Positions 26,552 through 41,265 are shown, numbered from the stretch's first letter. The stretch is DNA of 64,000 nucleotides from Eledone cirrhosa (GCA_964016885.1 OZ024746.1:8742001-8806000), one strand, 5' to 3'. Translations and numbers: made by a program. Notes: generated by a model not told the origin, from the sequence alone.

Positions 26552-27094
26552 ATATATGATTACAATACATATGTGAGCCTGATATGTTCCTCTATATATG
26601 ATAAGGTTGACCTATCTATGATGGTTGTAATAATGCCCGCGAATGTGTAAAAGTTTGTCTGTGCACGAGTATGCGTTTGTGCCTGTAGAATGTTGTACGT
26701 GTGTACTAGTTTACTTGAGTACATGCATGTGTGTGTATGTGCTGTACTGTGCAAGCTTGTGTAGTCTTAGATGTAATGTCAAAGTTCCACATACTCTATT
26801 TATCTCACCGTTCTTCAATAACGCCATATTGTACTGATATCATCCAACGGCAATGGTGCTTGTTGTAAACTTACACATTTTTTTATCGCAAATCTCGAAA
26901 TGTTATTGACAACGACCTCAGGAACCGAATCCTAAAAATAACTCATCTTAACCTTGCAATACCATACTAACCTCTAACTTCACCACTTTACGCAATCCTC
27001 ATTCATCGTTTTCACTTTCTAAATCCCTTTCGTTCAGATTGGTAACCTGAATGAATATATATAAATAACATTAAATACAAATAAAATATTCTCA

Positions 27095-27620
27095 CTTTTC
27101 CTAATAGCATTTTTTGATGGAGGGACAGCATCAGTAATTTTAGGTGAAGGATTAAGTCAAATATATGAACCCTAATACTTGACTGACACATTACTTCATC
27201 GATCCCGGTTAGATGAAAGGCAAAGTTGACTTTGGTGGGATTTGAAATCAGAATTTAAAGAAGCGTAACAAATATCGCAACACCTTTTGTTCCAAATCCT
27301 ATGGATGCAGCTAAATCGACCCCAGTGTATTACTGTACTGCTACTTTATTTTATCGACCCCGTAAGGATAAAAGTCAAAGCAAACCCCGGCGTGATTTGA
27401 AATCAGAACGTAAAAGAAGGTAATTGTATACACCCCAAAAACAATAACGATTTCTGATTTAGGCACAAGGCCAACAATTTGAGGGGGGGGGGGGTTAAAC
27501 TATTAAACCGACCCCAGTGCGTTACCGGTACTTTATTTTATCGACCCCTTAGGGATGGAAATCAAAGCTAACCTCGGCGGAATTTGAAATCAGAACGTAA
27601 ATAACGTAACTATATGCTGC
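27095..27620 (-). mobile_element. Cluster of three diverged SINE copies
   Basis: Three occurrences of atcga.ccc...gatg.aa.gcaaag...gatttgaaatcagaa. Confidence 0.8.
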
Positions 27621-27929
27621 CCAAACTATAATAAATATAATTACAAATTCACCAGTGGATACTAGAAGTGATATTAATAGAGAAACAGGATGTCGTTAAA
27701 TATTTGGCTGTTGTCTATTTTTTATTTCAAGCTTTAGAATTGTAAATATTGTGGTTATTGAATTAAGTCAAATTTACTGAGTTGTTTTACAGAACTGATT
27801 ACAATATTATAGTAGCTTCATATTTGGTTATAGCAAAATTATAGCTACGACGACGACGATGATGATGATGATGATCGTGATGATGGTAATAATGATAATA
27901 ATAATAATAATAATAGTGATATTAATAAT

Positions 27930-28342
27930 TGTTTCTACTTTTTGGCACAAGGCCAGCATTTACTCACTGCATTACTGGTACTTTATTTTATCGACCCCGT
28001 AAGGATGAAAGGTAAAGTCAACCTCAGCGGGATTTGAACTCAGATCGTTAAGGGACGTAACTATGCAGGAAAGCATGGCGTCCGACCCTTTACCGATACT
28101 GCCAATCCACCGCCCAAGTAATATTAATAATGGTTTCTTATATGAGCACAAGGCCAGTAATTTGGGGGGGAGGGGAAAGTCGATTAAATCGACCCCAGTG
28201 CGTAACTGGTACTTTATTTTATCGACCCCATAAGGATGAAAGGCAAAGTTAACCTCGGCGGGATTTGAGCGCAGATCATAAAGAGCCGTAACTCTATGCT
28301 GCAAAGCATGGCGTCCGACCCTCTTCCGATACTGCCAATCCA
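27930..28342 (-). mobile_element. Tandem SINE pair (long then short variant) with triplicated target
   Basis: agtgatattaataat at 27915, 28117 (1 mismatch) and 28343. Confidence 0.9.
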
Positions 28343-28653
28343 AGTGATATTAATAATAACAATCAATAACAATAATTCGAAAAAAAGTTTAAACGAAATA
28401 CAATAAGAATTTTTTTTCTGATTCCATGAAGTTTTAGTTAATTATAGTTAAGTGCCCTACACTGCGACAATAAAACACAGCCTGATATAAAAATCAGAAT
28501 AATAGCAGTAATAATGTTGATAGTATTAATAATATTATTATTAAGTATATGTAGCAATAAAAAAGGATAATAAATATTATGACGCTGTTTTATTTCTTTG
28601 CGATAAACGGTCAAGAAAAATACGAACACATATATACACATACATTCACACAC

Positions 28654-28690
<37 letters not shown>

Positions 28691-28694
28691 CACA

Positions 28695-28728
<34 letters not shown>

Positions 28729-28733
28729 CATAT

Positions 28734-28774
<41 letters not shown>

Positions 28775-28795
28775 TACACACACATACACACATAC

Positions 28796-28882
<87 letters not shown>

Positions 28883-29739
28883 ATGATTAAGTGTATCAGT
28901 AACATGAACATGTGTGGTTATTAACATTTAAAATAATCTTCAGCTGAATACAAACTTTAACATAATAATGTTATACAAGATTTCTAAAGCAATTAAGCAG
29001 ATGAGTCGTCAAAGATGAAATATAAAAATCCATAAATTATGAAATTAAAAATAAGGAAAGAAATGTTAAATATAATAATTACATTTTATTTAAGTACATT
29101 ACATTAACCCCGATGTCCGAATATCGCCCAGCCATCAAATATGGCTTCTTCCGCTGAACCTCTTCAACTACGTCAAGCCAGCTATGCTATAAAGCTATAA
29201 AACGCCTTTCGAATCACCTCTCTACAACAGCTAATGGTTATGTACCATGGCATGGCATGGTTCACAGAAAACCGTCAGTGTAAGGAAACATTATGAAAAA
29301 TTAGTTAGCAGTGTAGTAGAAACATGTATCCAGTCTCGGTTGTAGAACATTATCCCCAGTTTTGATATGACTGGGCAGACCTATGATCAAATGCGTTCCT
29401 CGTTAATGACACTATCGCCATTTTTGTAGAAGAAGAAGAAGAAGAAGAGTAGGAGGAGGTCTAACAAACAACATGGAAGAGAAATATGCAGAACAAGATC
29501 TAAAATAAAACAAAAGACACACCAAACTTCCAGGCAATCAGTAATAAAACTGCTAAAAAGAAGTAGAGGCAAATATTACACAGATATTATATAACAAAAG
29601 AAAAACAAACAAAACAGAAACAAAAAACAATAAACGAAATACTATTGAAGCAAGACATCCTTGCTAATCCACAGAGAATCCATCGTTATCGAAATCGACA
29701 ACGTTTCATTGAAGAAAACAAATAGTTCGACTCCAACAC

Positions 29740-30830
29740 AAAGTGTCTTTATCAAGAACATCGTCAAATAAATTAGAATTCAATGCAGTATCAACAGAGA
29801 GGACAGTTGTAAAATATCCTTGGAAAGTCTCATACACTTTTTGGGAATATAAAAGCATGCACCCATCTTATATGTCAAAGACTGAACTGTGGATTTCTTG
29901 CCGCGTTATTCCTCTGCGACTCGGGCCCATTGAATGACTTTCGTCCCCTCTTGTTTCCGAACACATGCTTTCTTGTTTCATATTGAAAAAAATTATCCAG
30001 AGCCATTCTTGCAGCTAACAAGTCGGTGGCCATGTTACTCCGAGCCATATTTCTAATTTAGCTACTAAATCTCCTTCACAGATGTATTGTCCTATTGCTG
30101 CTTCTTTGCTACAAAATATTGATTCTTTTGAGAGTGCATCACTACCTATGGTTGATAATCGCCCGTCAACTGATACTTATTGAGTCTCTTTAGGATTTAC
30201 ACGCAGCATCCATCTCCAGTGCAGATCACCAGGTTTGAGTATGCGATCCTTTGAAATTGTATCCACCCTGAGCTATCTCTGTTTAGATACCATCTAGATG
30301 ACTCTGTGCAATTGCACAACGTCCACACTGGTGAATTAGGATATATAGTTGGTACCTATCAAAGGGCTGAAACTGCCTGGTCAATTGTTTTAGGTATTTG
30401 CACCACCCTTGCACTCTCTTTGTTCACCCAAGATTCACTTTTATGCCTCCCCCCAGCAAAGGATGATGCGTTCTACGAAATGCTTCCAGATGCCTGAAGA
30501 AATCCGGCCGCCCTGCGCCAGTATAAAAGGCCACATGTTTCAACGCATCACCTTCGCTACCATTCACATTCAGGACAGTCAAATTACTATCCGGGTCTAG
30601 GAAGATCATCCGTACCTCGAGATTTAGGTCTTTCCAAAACAGAACAGTCACTCTACTCCTTATTCCAGGGTGACAAAGAGATGTGTGGATCTGAAAGTTA
30701 TCAAAAATGGATGTTAATGTGCGTGTATCGGAAATGCTGGTCTCGCAGACGTCTGTCATATCTGTAGCTTGTGACCTGAGGTTGTTCAGTACACGACCTT
30801 GCTTCCAGAACGACGGTTATTTATGCAGCT
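29740..30830 (-). pseudogene. Decayed L1/Tx1-type LINE ORF2, AP-endonuclease region
   Basis: DVCETSI...VTVLFWKDLNLEVRMIFLDPDSNLTVLNVNGSEG...VAFYTGAGRPDFFRHLEAF resembles the APE domain (.QET, D..GR...L.V, VYAP....R..FF..L). Many stops and frameshifts. Confidence 0.6.
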
Positions 30831-33097
30831 TGCGTTGCTGTTGGAGAGCTCCGATGATTTGTTCACCATATCTGTTTGAAGCTCCTTCAGAAAACTCTTT
30901 AGAATATGACTGGTAGCTTTCACATATGTGTTTCCATTGTCATGTGGGAAATTCTTCATCCTTAATTTGTAGGTTATGTTCAACCTTACAATTTTAAAAC
31001 TTTGTAACACCCTGAAGATGTTGCTTATGAATACCTCCCGTTCTATTTCAAATGTTCTCTCTTTGTTCTATGAGAATCATCAGTTCTTTTTATTTCTCAG
31101 TAACACAAAGATTGTGCTCGTTTGTGCCTGTAAACTGCAGTTGTTTTTGTATGAGTGTGTGTGGTAGAGGTGGTAGGGTTGGTGTTGCTGCAGATGTGTC
31201 TGTATTTAGCATCGCTGTGTTTTGATGATACTCTGGCGAGTGGGTATTAAGTTAAAGGATGTCGTTTAAAAAAATATCTTTGTGTCTATTTTGATTTATT
31301 TTTGGTGGGTGGGAAGTTGGGTGGTTCGGGATCGTCTCTTTGTCATCTCATGATGCTGGTGTTTCCGTGTCGGATGAATTGGAATCGGCGGTTGCGGTTA
31401 GGGTGCATTTGTGTGGGGGGTGGGGGTGCGTGTGTTTGTACGTGTGTCTAGATGTTTATTTGTATTTAAAAAAGGGGCGAAAGAGAGTAGATAGGAGAAC
31501 GGTGGAATAACTTCCAATTAATGAAGGAGTTCAGGAGACGAATGGTTACTGTACTTCGGAGAAAAATGATGTATTATTTGCATTGTTGATGTATTCTACT
31601 TAGCCTTGTCAACACGAAGGACAGCTCCTTTGTTAATGTTTAATGCTGTTTCGTAAGGTCGTATGTATTATTTTCATCTAGAGAGGACAATGAAGAATAA
31701 AATTAAACATAATTGCTAATATTTATAGACGTTAGGCTGTGTGATAGCTTTTTGTTGATGTTGAAACCTTTACGTATTCTTTGTCTGAGCTTCATGAGTA
31801 TCGTGATAGTTCATAGACTTGGTATTAACCCATGTTGCCACTTGATAAGAGAGTGCGTGGGTTGACCATATCATGGCTAAGTTCTGCTAGGATATGATAT
31901 GTCGTGAATGGCTTTTACGATGCTGCCATGATTTGTTTTTCTTTTGTAATAGGATTTGACAATCTTATTATATTTTGGAGTTATTTTATGAATGCTATAA
32001 TTGCTGCAGGCCAGATTTATATATTTCTGATATGCTGAGTCCTTGATTTAAAAAGAAAATACATTTTTGTATTGATTGTCTATCATCTGAAAATCTCTCC
32101 AGCGATTTTCTCCTGAAAACTTCTAACCACATGCTCTACTTAGAGTAACTCTCTGATCTCAGAGCCACACACTCGATTGAGTAACGTTACTCAGTGAAAG
32201 CTTAAAATACATAGAATTGAACTTCCTTTACTTTGACCCGTTTCTGTTACTATGGTAATTTCCCATATTGATGGAGGGATGCCATATAATTATATCTAAG
32301 ATAAAAATAGAGTTTGAAGAACAGCTCAGTGAAGCAAGAAATAAGATATTTAACCTTTATAATATTTCCACAATGGAAAGTAACATTATTGTTCAAGTGG
32401 AGTGTGAAGTGCATCCAAATGATTATGACATTTAATAGAATTGCTTGACTTAAACATAGAAATAAAACAGTCAGTCAGTTTTCTTTTCCAATTTGAAACA
32501 CGATCAGCAGTGAAGTGCTATCCTACGATATATTCCGAGGAGAAATATTTTCGTATCATTAAGCTTACACTTATAGCAGGGTAGGCGAAATCTTGTTTTG
32601 GACGTTCGGCTTTAACTTTTATGTCTGACAATCATATTGTTTCTTCAATTTTGACCAGTTCGAAAGTAATAATAATCTTATTGTCAATTATATCAAAACT
32701 TTCGGATCCCTACAAGCTCAATAAACGTATTGAGTGTTGTTATATTTTTGTATTTCATAGACGAGAGCGGTATCTGAGAAGATTTCTGGAGATGCTTGTT
32801 TTTCTTAAAATGACGGGAAATTAATTTTAATGTTGTATTTTGACATTATTATGGTATTAGTTGCATCATGTATGTTTTGTAACTATGCTAATTCTTGGCT
32901 GTTGATATACAATGTCTGTCGACAGTTACAGACTTACTTTTGACATACCGAATCGGTAAAAGGTACATTCATGACAGCTCACATTTGTTTACTCACAACT
33001 AAGTCAGTATTTCTTCTATCCTAACTCCGTTTTCTTTTCATTCGTTCAAACAGAATCATGTCGATGGTGAAGCTATTTGGCAATGATTATTTCGAAA

Positions 33098-33315
33098 GGG
33101 CGGTAGATTGGCAGTATCGGTAGAGAGACCGACACTATACTTTGAAGCATAGAGTTACGGCCCTTTACGGTCTGAGTTCAAATCCCGCCGAGGTTAACTT
33201 TGCTTTCATCCTTACGGGATCGATAAAATAAATCACCAGTAACATACTGGGGTCGATTTAATCGACTTTCCTCTCCCCCAAATTACTGGCCTTGTGCCTA
33301 TATTAGAAATCATTA
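33098..33315 (+). mobile_element. SINE (Meta-domain family), long variant
   Basis: Full tRNA head, core and tail. Confidence 0.9.
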
Positions 33316-34359
33316 TTTCGGTGTCAACACTTGTCTATCCAAATCGTCTTCGATATTGATGAAATGGAAACTTGAGAAGTGCAGGCTTGATACACGTATT
33401 TATTTTTATATCTTCATCGAGAAATTACATAATAGAGAAATCTATCTGCCATGCATGTGATAAATGTTGTTGAATGAATAAATATTTTAACAATATCAAT
33501 TATATATATAACACAAATCTTTATATGATATACTTGTGTATCATATACGTTAAAACGTATAACAGCAGTGCAATAAGAGAAAACTTTCATTTAATTTGGT
33601 CTGAAATTTGTTGCATACGCATGGCGTCCGACCCTCTACCGATAATGCCAATCCACTGAAACGATTCAGCCTCTGAACATGCTGTCTAGAGATTGTAATT
33701 TTCTCCTTAGAAACGAATAGCAGGGACACAACTTAGTTATGTGTCGACGTTAGCTCATTGTCACCCGAGCCCATCAAACGGTTTTTGCTCCCACTTTTCT
33801 AAAGAATGGCCGACAACCAGTCATGCTTCCATTACGTTTGTCATGAAGCCTTTCCTAGAAACCTCGGATGATCATAATCGAGTTTACTCTAATTTTCGAC
33901 TGTTTCAATGGATTACGTTGTACGTCCGTGTGTACTATCTCTTACGTAGGTATGCGAGTATGTATCAGTGTGGATGTGTATGTGTATGGATGTATATGGG
34001 AGTATGTTTACATGTATGTAAGGTGGTGTTTATATTTCCAGTAAAGATGGCATACCTCAAATGTTCAGCATTGAAGAGAAGGAGAGACAGGTATATTTAT
34101 ATAACAGAGAAAGAGAGTAGAACTATGAGAGGGGAAGAAATGAGATGACAAAATAAAGAGAGTGCGAGAACGAGAGAGAGAGAGAAAGAAAGCAAGAGAG
34201 AGAGAGAGAGAGACTGTGCGAGGATGAGAGAGTAAAAGTGAAAGATCAAGACAAAATGAGAGTAGTTGTGATGAAAGAATTTGCACGTAAATTGGTGTAT
34301 AAGTATGTATTTCTGTTTGGGTGAAAAGGAAGGATAGAGAGAGGGAGAGAGCGAGAGAG

Positions 34360-34436
<77 letters not shown>

Positions 34437-35278
34437 CAGAACGAGAGAGAGAAATGGCCGGGGCAATGAATTGTTACGAATGGAAACTATTTAAAAGTCA
34501 AATAAATGTAATAGAAAAGAAACTAACGGATATAAGAGATAGAGATATTTGTAAAATAAGCAGAATAATTGTGAATGTAATAACAGACGATAGAGGGAGA
34601 AATGAGGGAAAATAGAAACATAGAAAAACGAAAGAAAAAGTGTAAGTGATAGAGAGTGATAGACAGTACAAGCGAACGGTAGATGGAAATATTTGGGATT
34701 TTTAAGGGTAGAGTAGGGTATGTGGACAATGGATGTAAGTAGATAGAGAAGAAGAAGAAGAAGAAGAAGAAGAAGAAGAAGAAGAAGAAGAAGAAGGAGG
34801 GTCAGTGTTTTGGGCTAAAACCATGACGGGACTGGGTGAAAGGAAAGGGGTTGCTGTCTTTTGAAATTTGGTAATATGTACGGCTTAATAATTTGTTCAA
34901 AACGTGACATATTTGGCAAATAAACATCTGTTGAACTGAAGCTTCACCTTCCAGCTGTTTGATATATGGATGGCCGGTCTTTAAAAAGCAGCAGATTGAA
35001 ATATTTAATTTCACTGGTTTATTAAAAGACACTTTGTAATTAGAATAATTATATATTATTATTGTTTATTGCTTTCTATCTCCTCTTCTTCACTGATGGC
35101 CCTTTCTAACCCTACACAATATTAATTATTTATATTATATTGTATTTAATCTATGTATTTTTCAATTTCATTATTTGTGGTAGAGCTTTATGAATTTATA
35201 TCTTAAATTATTTATAATTCACCATTATAAATATCTATCTGTCTGTTTGTCTGTCTGTTTGCCTGTCAGTTGATCTGC

Positions 35279-35309
<31 letters not shown>

Positions 35310-35410
35310 CCTATCTATCTATCTATCTATCTATCTAATCTACCTTTTGTATTGTCCCCTTTCTTGTTGCGCCCTTGTGGCTAATAAAGAAATCTATCTA
35401 TCTAATCTAC

Positions 35411-35464
<54 letters not shown>

Positions 35465-36458
35465 CTGTATTTCATGCGTTCGTCGGCCCGTCTGTAAACA
35501 TAACACACCAGCCAGTCTTACATTACCAACTTGCTCGGGTCGTCATTACCAGAATCCCTTCTCTTGCAAACATCTGTGCCATGTTTTCGGCTTCACAATA
35601 ACAAGATGGCTTAATGCGCTGCTTCCTATTACAATAAACTTTCGTCTCTTTCATACTTTCTTCCAGCAATATCGGAGACCCTCCAAATTCCATAAGCGCT
35701 GCCATTTCTCCTCTAAGTAAGCCGAAACATTTTGGTGAAGTAACAATAGATAGGATTTATCGTAATTAGGAATTGAATTTTGCCGCTGGAATTGTTTCGA
35801 CATTAATATTGAAAGCGAACATATTTGGCTTGTGTTTTTAGGCAATAAAGTAATTAAAATGTACCGCAGGCGTATAAAGTTATATACCTGCAATAGAGAA
35901 CAATTCATTCAATGGAAAATCCAATTTGATTTCAAATGACATCTGAGTATTAGTAATAGCCACATTTGTCGCATAAACCTTGTAGAGTGAATCTTCTTCA
36001 AGTCATTTACATATTGTTGCCGTTCCTAAGTAAATGTAATACACAACCAATTCTATTGACTCAAATATTATTGGCTCCAAAACAGAATTTATTTGAGAAC
36101 TTAAAATGTAATACTTTTATGTAGTCTATACTGAGAACATTTATAAAAACAAAATACTTTTCTAATATTAGTTGTCACCAACAAGTGAATTGGTTTGACA
36201 GAATTGTTAGAACGTTGAACAAAATATGTCATTCCAGAGCCGATAGGAACCAAATGATTTACTGGATCGATCAATTGATTTATACACAGTTAGACTTTAT
36301 TTTGTTTTTGTTTTGATATAGCTAACACTACTTTTCATTATTTGATAAACTTAATCGGTACCTGGTTAAGCAATAATGGGTTTGAGTGGGTAAATAACAG
36401 ATGTTCTTATAGCAATACACACACACACATATATACATACCCCCCCCCCATATATATA

Positions 36459-36504
36459 TTGTCTGATGAAACTGTGATAAGTAGGTGAAACTCCGGAGTA
36501 ATAA
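36459..36504 (+). ncRNA. Minimal type I hammerhead motif
   Basis: ttgt-CTGATGA-aact...aggt-GAAAC-tccgga-GTA-ataa. Palindromic stem III actccggagt, one mismatch in stem II, AATAAA downstream. Confidence 0.65.
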
Positions 36505-36622
36505 GACTTACTATTTAGCCTTATTAAATAAATATCAAAACTCTACTTGAGTACTCCATTCTCTCAGCTTTCAACCATACACACACACCTATATATATTA
36601 TATATATATTAAATATATGATA

Positions 36623-36674
<52 letters not shown>

Positions 36675-36714
36675 TATATATATATATATTATATATATAT
36701 ATATATGTGTGTGT

Positions 36715-36820
<106 letters not shown>

Positions 36821-37093
36821 TTGTGCGTATTTGTTTGTTTGTGTGTAATTTAAGATCAATGGGAAACATTGTCTCAGCCATCCATCTATCGAAGACGAGC
36901 AAGTTGTTAGATTTGACTGTTTATGCATTTTTCTACCTTGTCCAATATGTCATTTTACCATTTAAAATGTGTGTTGTGATGACAGTTTTGTAATATTAAT
37001 CGAGATTCTGTCAATTTTGTTCAGCTCCTGAACATAATAGTTAAACTGAGATGATAGGAGGTTCTACCCTAAAATATATATATATATATTAGA

Positions 37094-37291
37094 TATATTA
37101 TTTTATGCATTTTTTATCTACAAATTATCTTTTTTAGGGTTTGTATTAACCGTTATTAAGTTGTTGGTAAACCGTTATGTTGTTCAATTATATAAAATTG
37201 AGCAACATAACGGTTTACCAACAGCTTAGTTACGGTTAATACAAACCCTAAAAAAGATAATTTGTAGATAAAAAATGCATAAAATAATATA
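37094..37291. repeat. ~100-bp-arm near-perfect palindrome next to (TA)n
   Basis: tatattattttatgcatttttt...gttgttcaatt / aattgagcaac...aaaaaatgcataaaataatata. Confidence 0.9.
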
Positions 37292-37921
37292 CCTAAAATA
37301 ACAACATGGCCAGCAATTCGGCGGAATTTACATTTAACAAACAAACACCTATTGACTATAAACGACTCAAAATAATCCCATGGTTAATAGCTGTGAGTTA
37401 CAAACAACATATACACATAAATACGAACTACAACACAAAAACACTTAAATGAAAATCACATACCCAACTCTATCACCTGCTTTGCATTACACCTTACATA
37501 ACAAATACCTACATTATCACCACAAGCCTCTCTAACAAATTGCACACTATCTTAAACATTTATAAACAACTATAACATAACATGCTTTAACACCCCACAC
37601 AAAATATGTTTATTTCAACTGCATTATAACTCTTTCCTCATACATGCCTTATTGACTGTATTGACTCCTGCAGTGTACACCAGTTTTCCTTGCTTATCAC
37701 ATTTTTGCCTGTTTTTTTTTTGCTTGTGATTTCGTTGCTTGTGCTTTTTACTTATACCTATTACACTTCCAACCAGTGCTGCTTGTAATTGTGTTCTTTC
37801 AAGCAGAACATCTTTTTAACTCCTGACTCTCCACATGATGCCTTTGACACTAATAACAATTACGTACCCTAAATGTTCTAAATGACTAGGATTTTAGTTA
37901 CATGTTTCGACATTCCTTATG

Positions 37922-37964
37922 CTCCGATGATTCCAGACTTCCCTCTGGAAGAAACAATTGACAG
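37922..37964 (+). ncRNA. Degenerate type I hammerhead motif
   Basis: ct-CCGATGA-ttccaga(cttccc)tctggaa-GAAAC-aatt-GAC-ag, then AATAAA. 7-bp stem II. U4C and cleavage-triplet mutations. Confidence 0.55.
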
Positions 37965-38006
37965 AAAATAAATGTTCTAAACTAAAATTTGATCGTTTTA
38001 ACACTT

Positions 38007-38090
<84 letters not shown>

Positions 38091-38324
38091 CATATACATA
38101 CATACACATATATATATATATATAGAAAAACGTATGACCCCGACGGCAGAGCTCAAGCCGTTTCGACGGCTATTTCTGGCCTAGCATTTTAAAGGGTCCG
38201 TCGAACTGCCGATTGAGTCGGGAAGGATCGATACAGATCGAACCTTGAGCTGATCAGTGGCGAAACGCGCGTCACCTACCAATAAATGTAATGAAGGAGT
38301 AACCAATCGTTCTTGTTATCCTTT

Positions 38325-38368
<44 letters not shown>

Positions 38369-38375
38369 ACACGCA

Positions 38376-38437
<62 letters not shown>

Positions 38438-38444
<7 letters not shown>

Positions 38445-38775
38445 TGCCCCCTCATTATCGAGTATGGCCATTGCACGATATACCATTATTAATAATTATT
38501 AATTAATTCTATCGTGCAATGCCTGTGCGTGAAGATATTTTTTAAAGTGAGGAAAGACTGTGCACTGAGCAAATCCCACTCCCTGAGCGACAGTAGCTAT
38601 AACCCGAAAAGAAGAAGAGATCGACATCATCGGTAACTACTGAGCCACAGGTTTTATATCGGAGTTATCCCACTTTCCTGAGTTGCCTTCTCCTAGAGGA
38701 ATGCCCTAACAAAGATTAGGGGTCCTTCATGTGTATATACATATTTAAACACTTTTGGAATGCCGTTGACTCTTA
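38438..38775 (-). mobile_element. Non-autonomous RTE-derived element, subfamily B (5'-truncated)
   Basis: Highly similar to 12308-12690. Confidence 0.75.
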
Positions 38776-39059
38776 CCAATAATCTTTTCCAAATATAATC
38801 ACTGCTACGTATATTATATTTTCTCAGGAATGGAATAGATAAATTTATTTTTTATTGATTCTTTATCCTTCATCTGTAACTGGATCTTGGATAATTAATA
38901 AACTTTCTCAAATTGAAGCTCCATTAATGTGCTTTCCAATTCTGAATACAAATAATAAAGATTATCTTTGTTCAGATTTCAACAATACAAATATTTATAA
39001 ATAAAATAAACGACCCGAACTCTAGTGGGAATTATATCTTGTTTCAGTGCAAAGAAGAA

Positions 39060-39305
39060 AACACACAAACATACACAGACACACACACATACACAGACAC
39101 ACACACACACACATACACACACACATACACAGACAGATGCGGGTATACACGGCTGTGCGAATATTCTCACACTCAAACAGACGCACATACACACACACAC
39201 ATACACACACACACACAGGTAGACAGACACAGACAGACACACAGACAGATGCGGGTGTACACGGCTGTGCGAATATTATCACACTCACACAGATGTACAG
39301 ACACG
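39060..39305. repeat. Two ~113-bp CA-rich tandem units
   Basis: cagacagatgcgggt.tacacggctgtgcgaatatt at ~39129 and ~39242. Confidence 0.8.
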
Positions 39306-40224
39306 TAAATACATAGATAAACAAATACACATGCACAAATGAAATTAAATGACGTTGGCTCGTTACTCAAATATGACAGGACAAGTAAATTTGGAGGGAT
39401 AAAATCTCTTTCAGGAAGCGTGCATCCAGTTATTTGTTCCTTCTTTGTTCTAGCTTAATATAATGTTCAGGTCGATATTAACATTGTTTTGGATTGAAAA
39501 GGTTGTCACGACTCTATTTCCCTTTCGTTGTGAGGGTAAACAATAACCAGTCAATAGCTACCAGTATCCGGATAAAGTTTCTTACAATTTATTCCACCTT
39601 GTTTGTTAGTAACTAGCTGGATCTTTTAGACGAGTCTATTATTTTTATAACATGAGAGAGAATTAATCTAAATTTACTAAATCTGCCTAAGCCCGCTCGT
39701 TCGGTTATACATCAATATTCCCTATGCAATACAGGCAAATTCGTCTATAATTTATTCTTTACAATAGTATTAATAAAATGGATTTTTATCCAAGAATAAA
39801 CACTGAAGCTCAAGTGTATCTGGGTATAAATACTATTTCACTATGTATGTTTGTGTGTATGTGTGTATACGTGAGTGAGTACTTGTGTGTCTATGTGTCT
39901 GTGTGTGTGTGAGTACGTGTCAGTATGTGTGTGCGTGCAGTGAGTACGTGTCAGTATGTATGTGTGTTCGTAGATGTTTGTGGAGTCATATATTTCACAG
40001 CAAGTTCATAATTTGTTATGTATTGACTTAACCTTTTGTAAGGATATAACAATAATAATTGTTTCTACTTTAGGCACAAGGCCAGCAATTACCCAGTGCA
40101 TTACTGGTACGAAATGCAAACATATATTTATACACAAACATACACATACGCATACACACGCACACATACATACACATACCCAGACACATACATACACAGA
40201 CACTCATACAGACATATATATATG

Positions 40225-40273
<49 letters not shown>

Positions 40274-40472
40274 TGGGATATATATATATATCATTGACTG
40301 ACCAACGGTCAAACATACAGATATAAACACATATATATAGTCTAACGAAGTTCTTTCGTTGCACATCTGCAACATCATCAGTGGTACTATTATGTTCCTC
40401 CTGTTGTATTGTATGTCTACTCCATTTTTATTTTATCTGTTTAGAATTTTTATTTTATCTGAAAGAACTTTG

Positions 40473-40534
<62 letters not shown>

Positions 40535-40730
40535 ATATTTGCGTGCATGTGTAAGAGACGTTGACAGAAACAAAAATGAAGTATTGAATGTAAGTGTAGA
40601 GTGAACCATGTATGATGCTGGCCGTTGGTTATAATTTATCATATTAAATAATCGTGAAACAAAAATATTGACACACACATTCACACCACATAGACACGTA
40701 TACATCTAGCCTTTTATACATCTAGCCTTT

Positions 40731-40807
<77 letters not shown>

Positions 40808-40871
40808 GCACACGCACACACAAACACGCACGCACACACACACACACGCACACACACATATATATATATAT

Positions 40872-40962
40872 TTATAACGAAGGAAATGTGGTAAGGAACC
40901 AGGTGGACCATAACACACCAAAGTACTCAATACTTAGGGTAGTAGAGTGGGTAATAGGAACG
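40872..40962 (-). mobile_element. Family A 3' tail fragment
   Basis: ataacgaagga..tgtggtaaggaa..aggtggaccataac...gggtagtagagtgggtaataggaa is shared with 47027-47112. Confidence 0.7.
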
Positions 40963-41007
40963 AGTAGGACCTACTCGTTCCTATATATATTTATATATAT
41001 ACATATG

Positions 41008-41265
41008 GCCTCAACTCTGGTGTCGGTGAGCATGTCCAGCTAACCTCAGTCTCCTCTGTGTCACTTTTGAGCTGACTTTTGGGAGGCTCCCATACAGCTC
41101 TGAGTTTTTCATCCTCAGTGTATACTGATTAATGTTCAGAGCCATCCTCAGCATTCTCGTGTAGCACCCATCCACCACCTGAGTGAGTTTCTTGGTCAGT
41201 GTCCTAGTCTCAGACCCGTACAGCAGCTCAGACTCCACTACAGCAATGAAGAGGCAGATTTTCAG
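41008..41265 (-). mobile_element. RTE-like LINE fragment (region C-terminal to the RT domain)
   Basis: LFIAVVESELLYGSETRTLT...DGCYTRMLRMALNI...NSELYGSLPKVSSKVTQRRLRLAGHAHRH shows the typical LLYG.ETW and RRLR..GH motifs. Confidence 0.85.
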
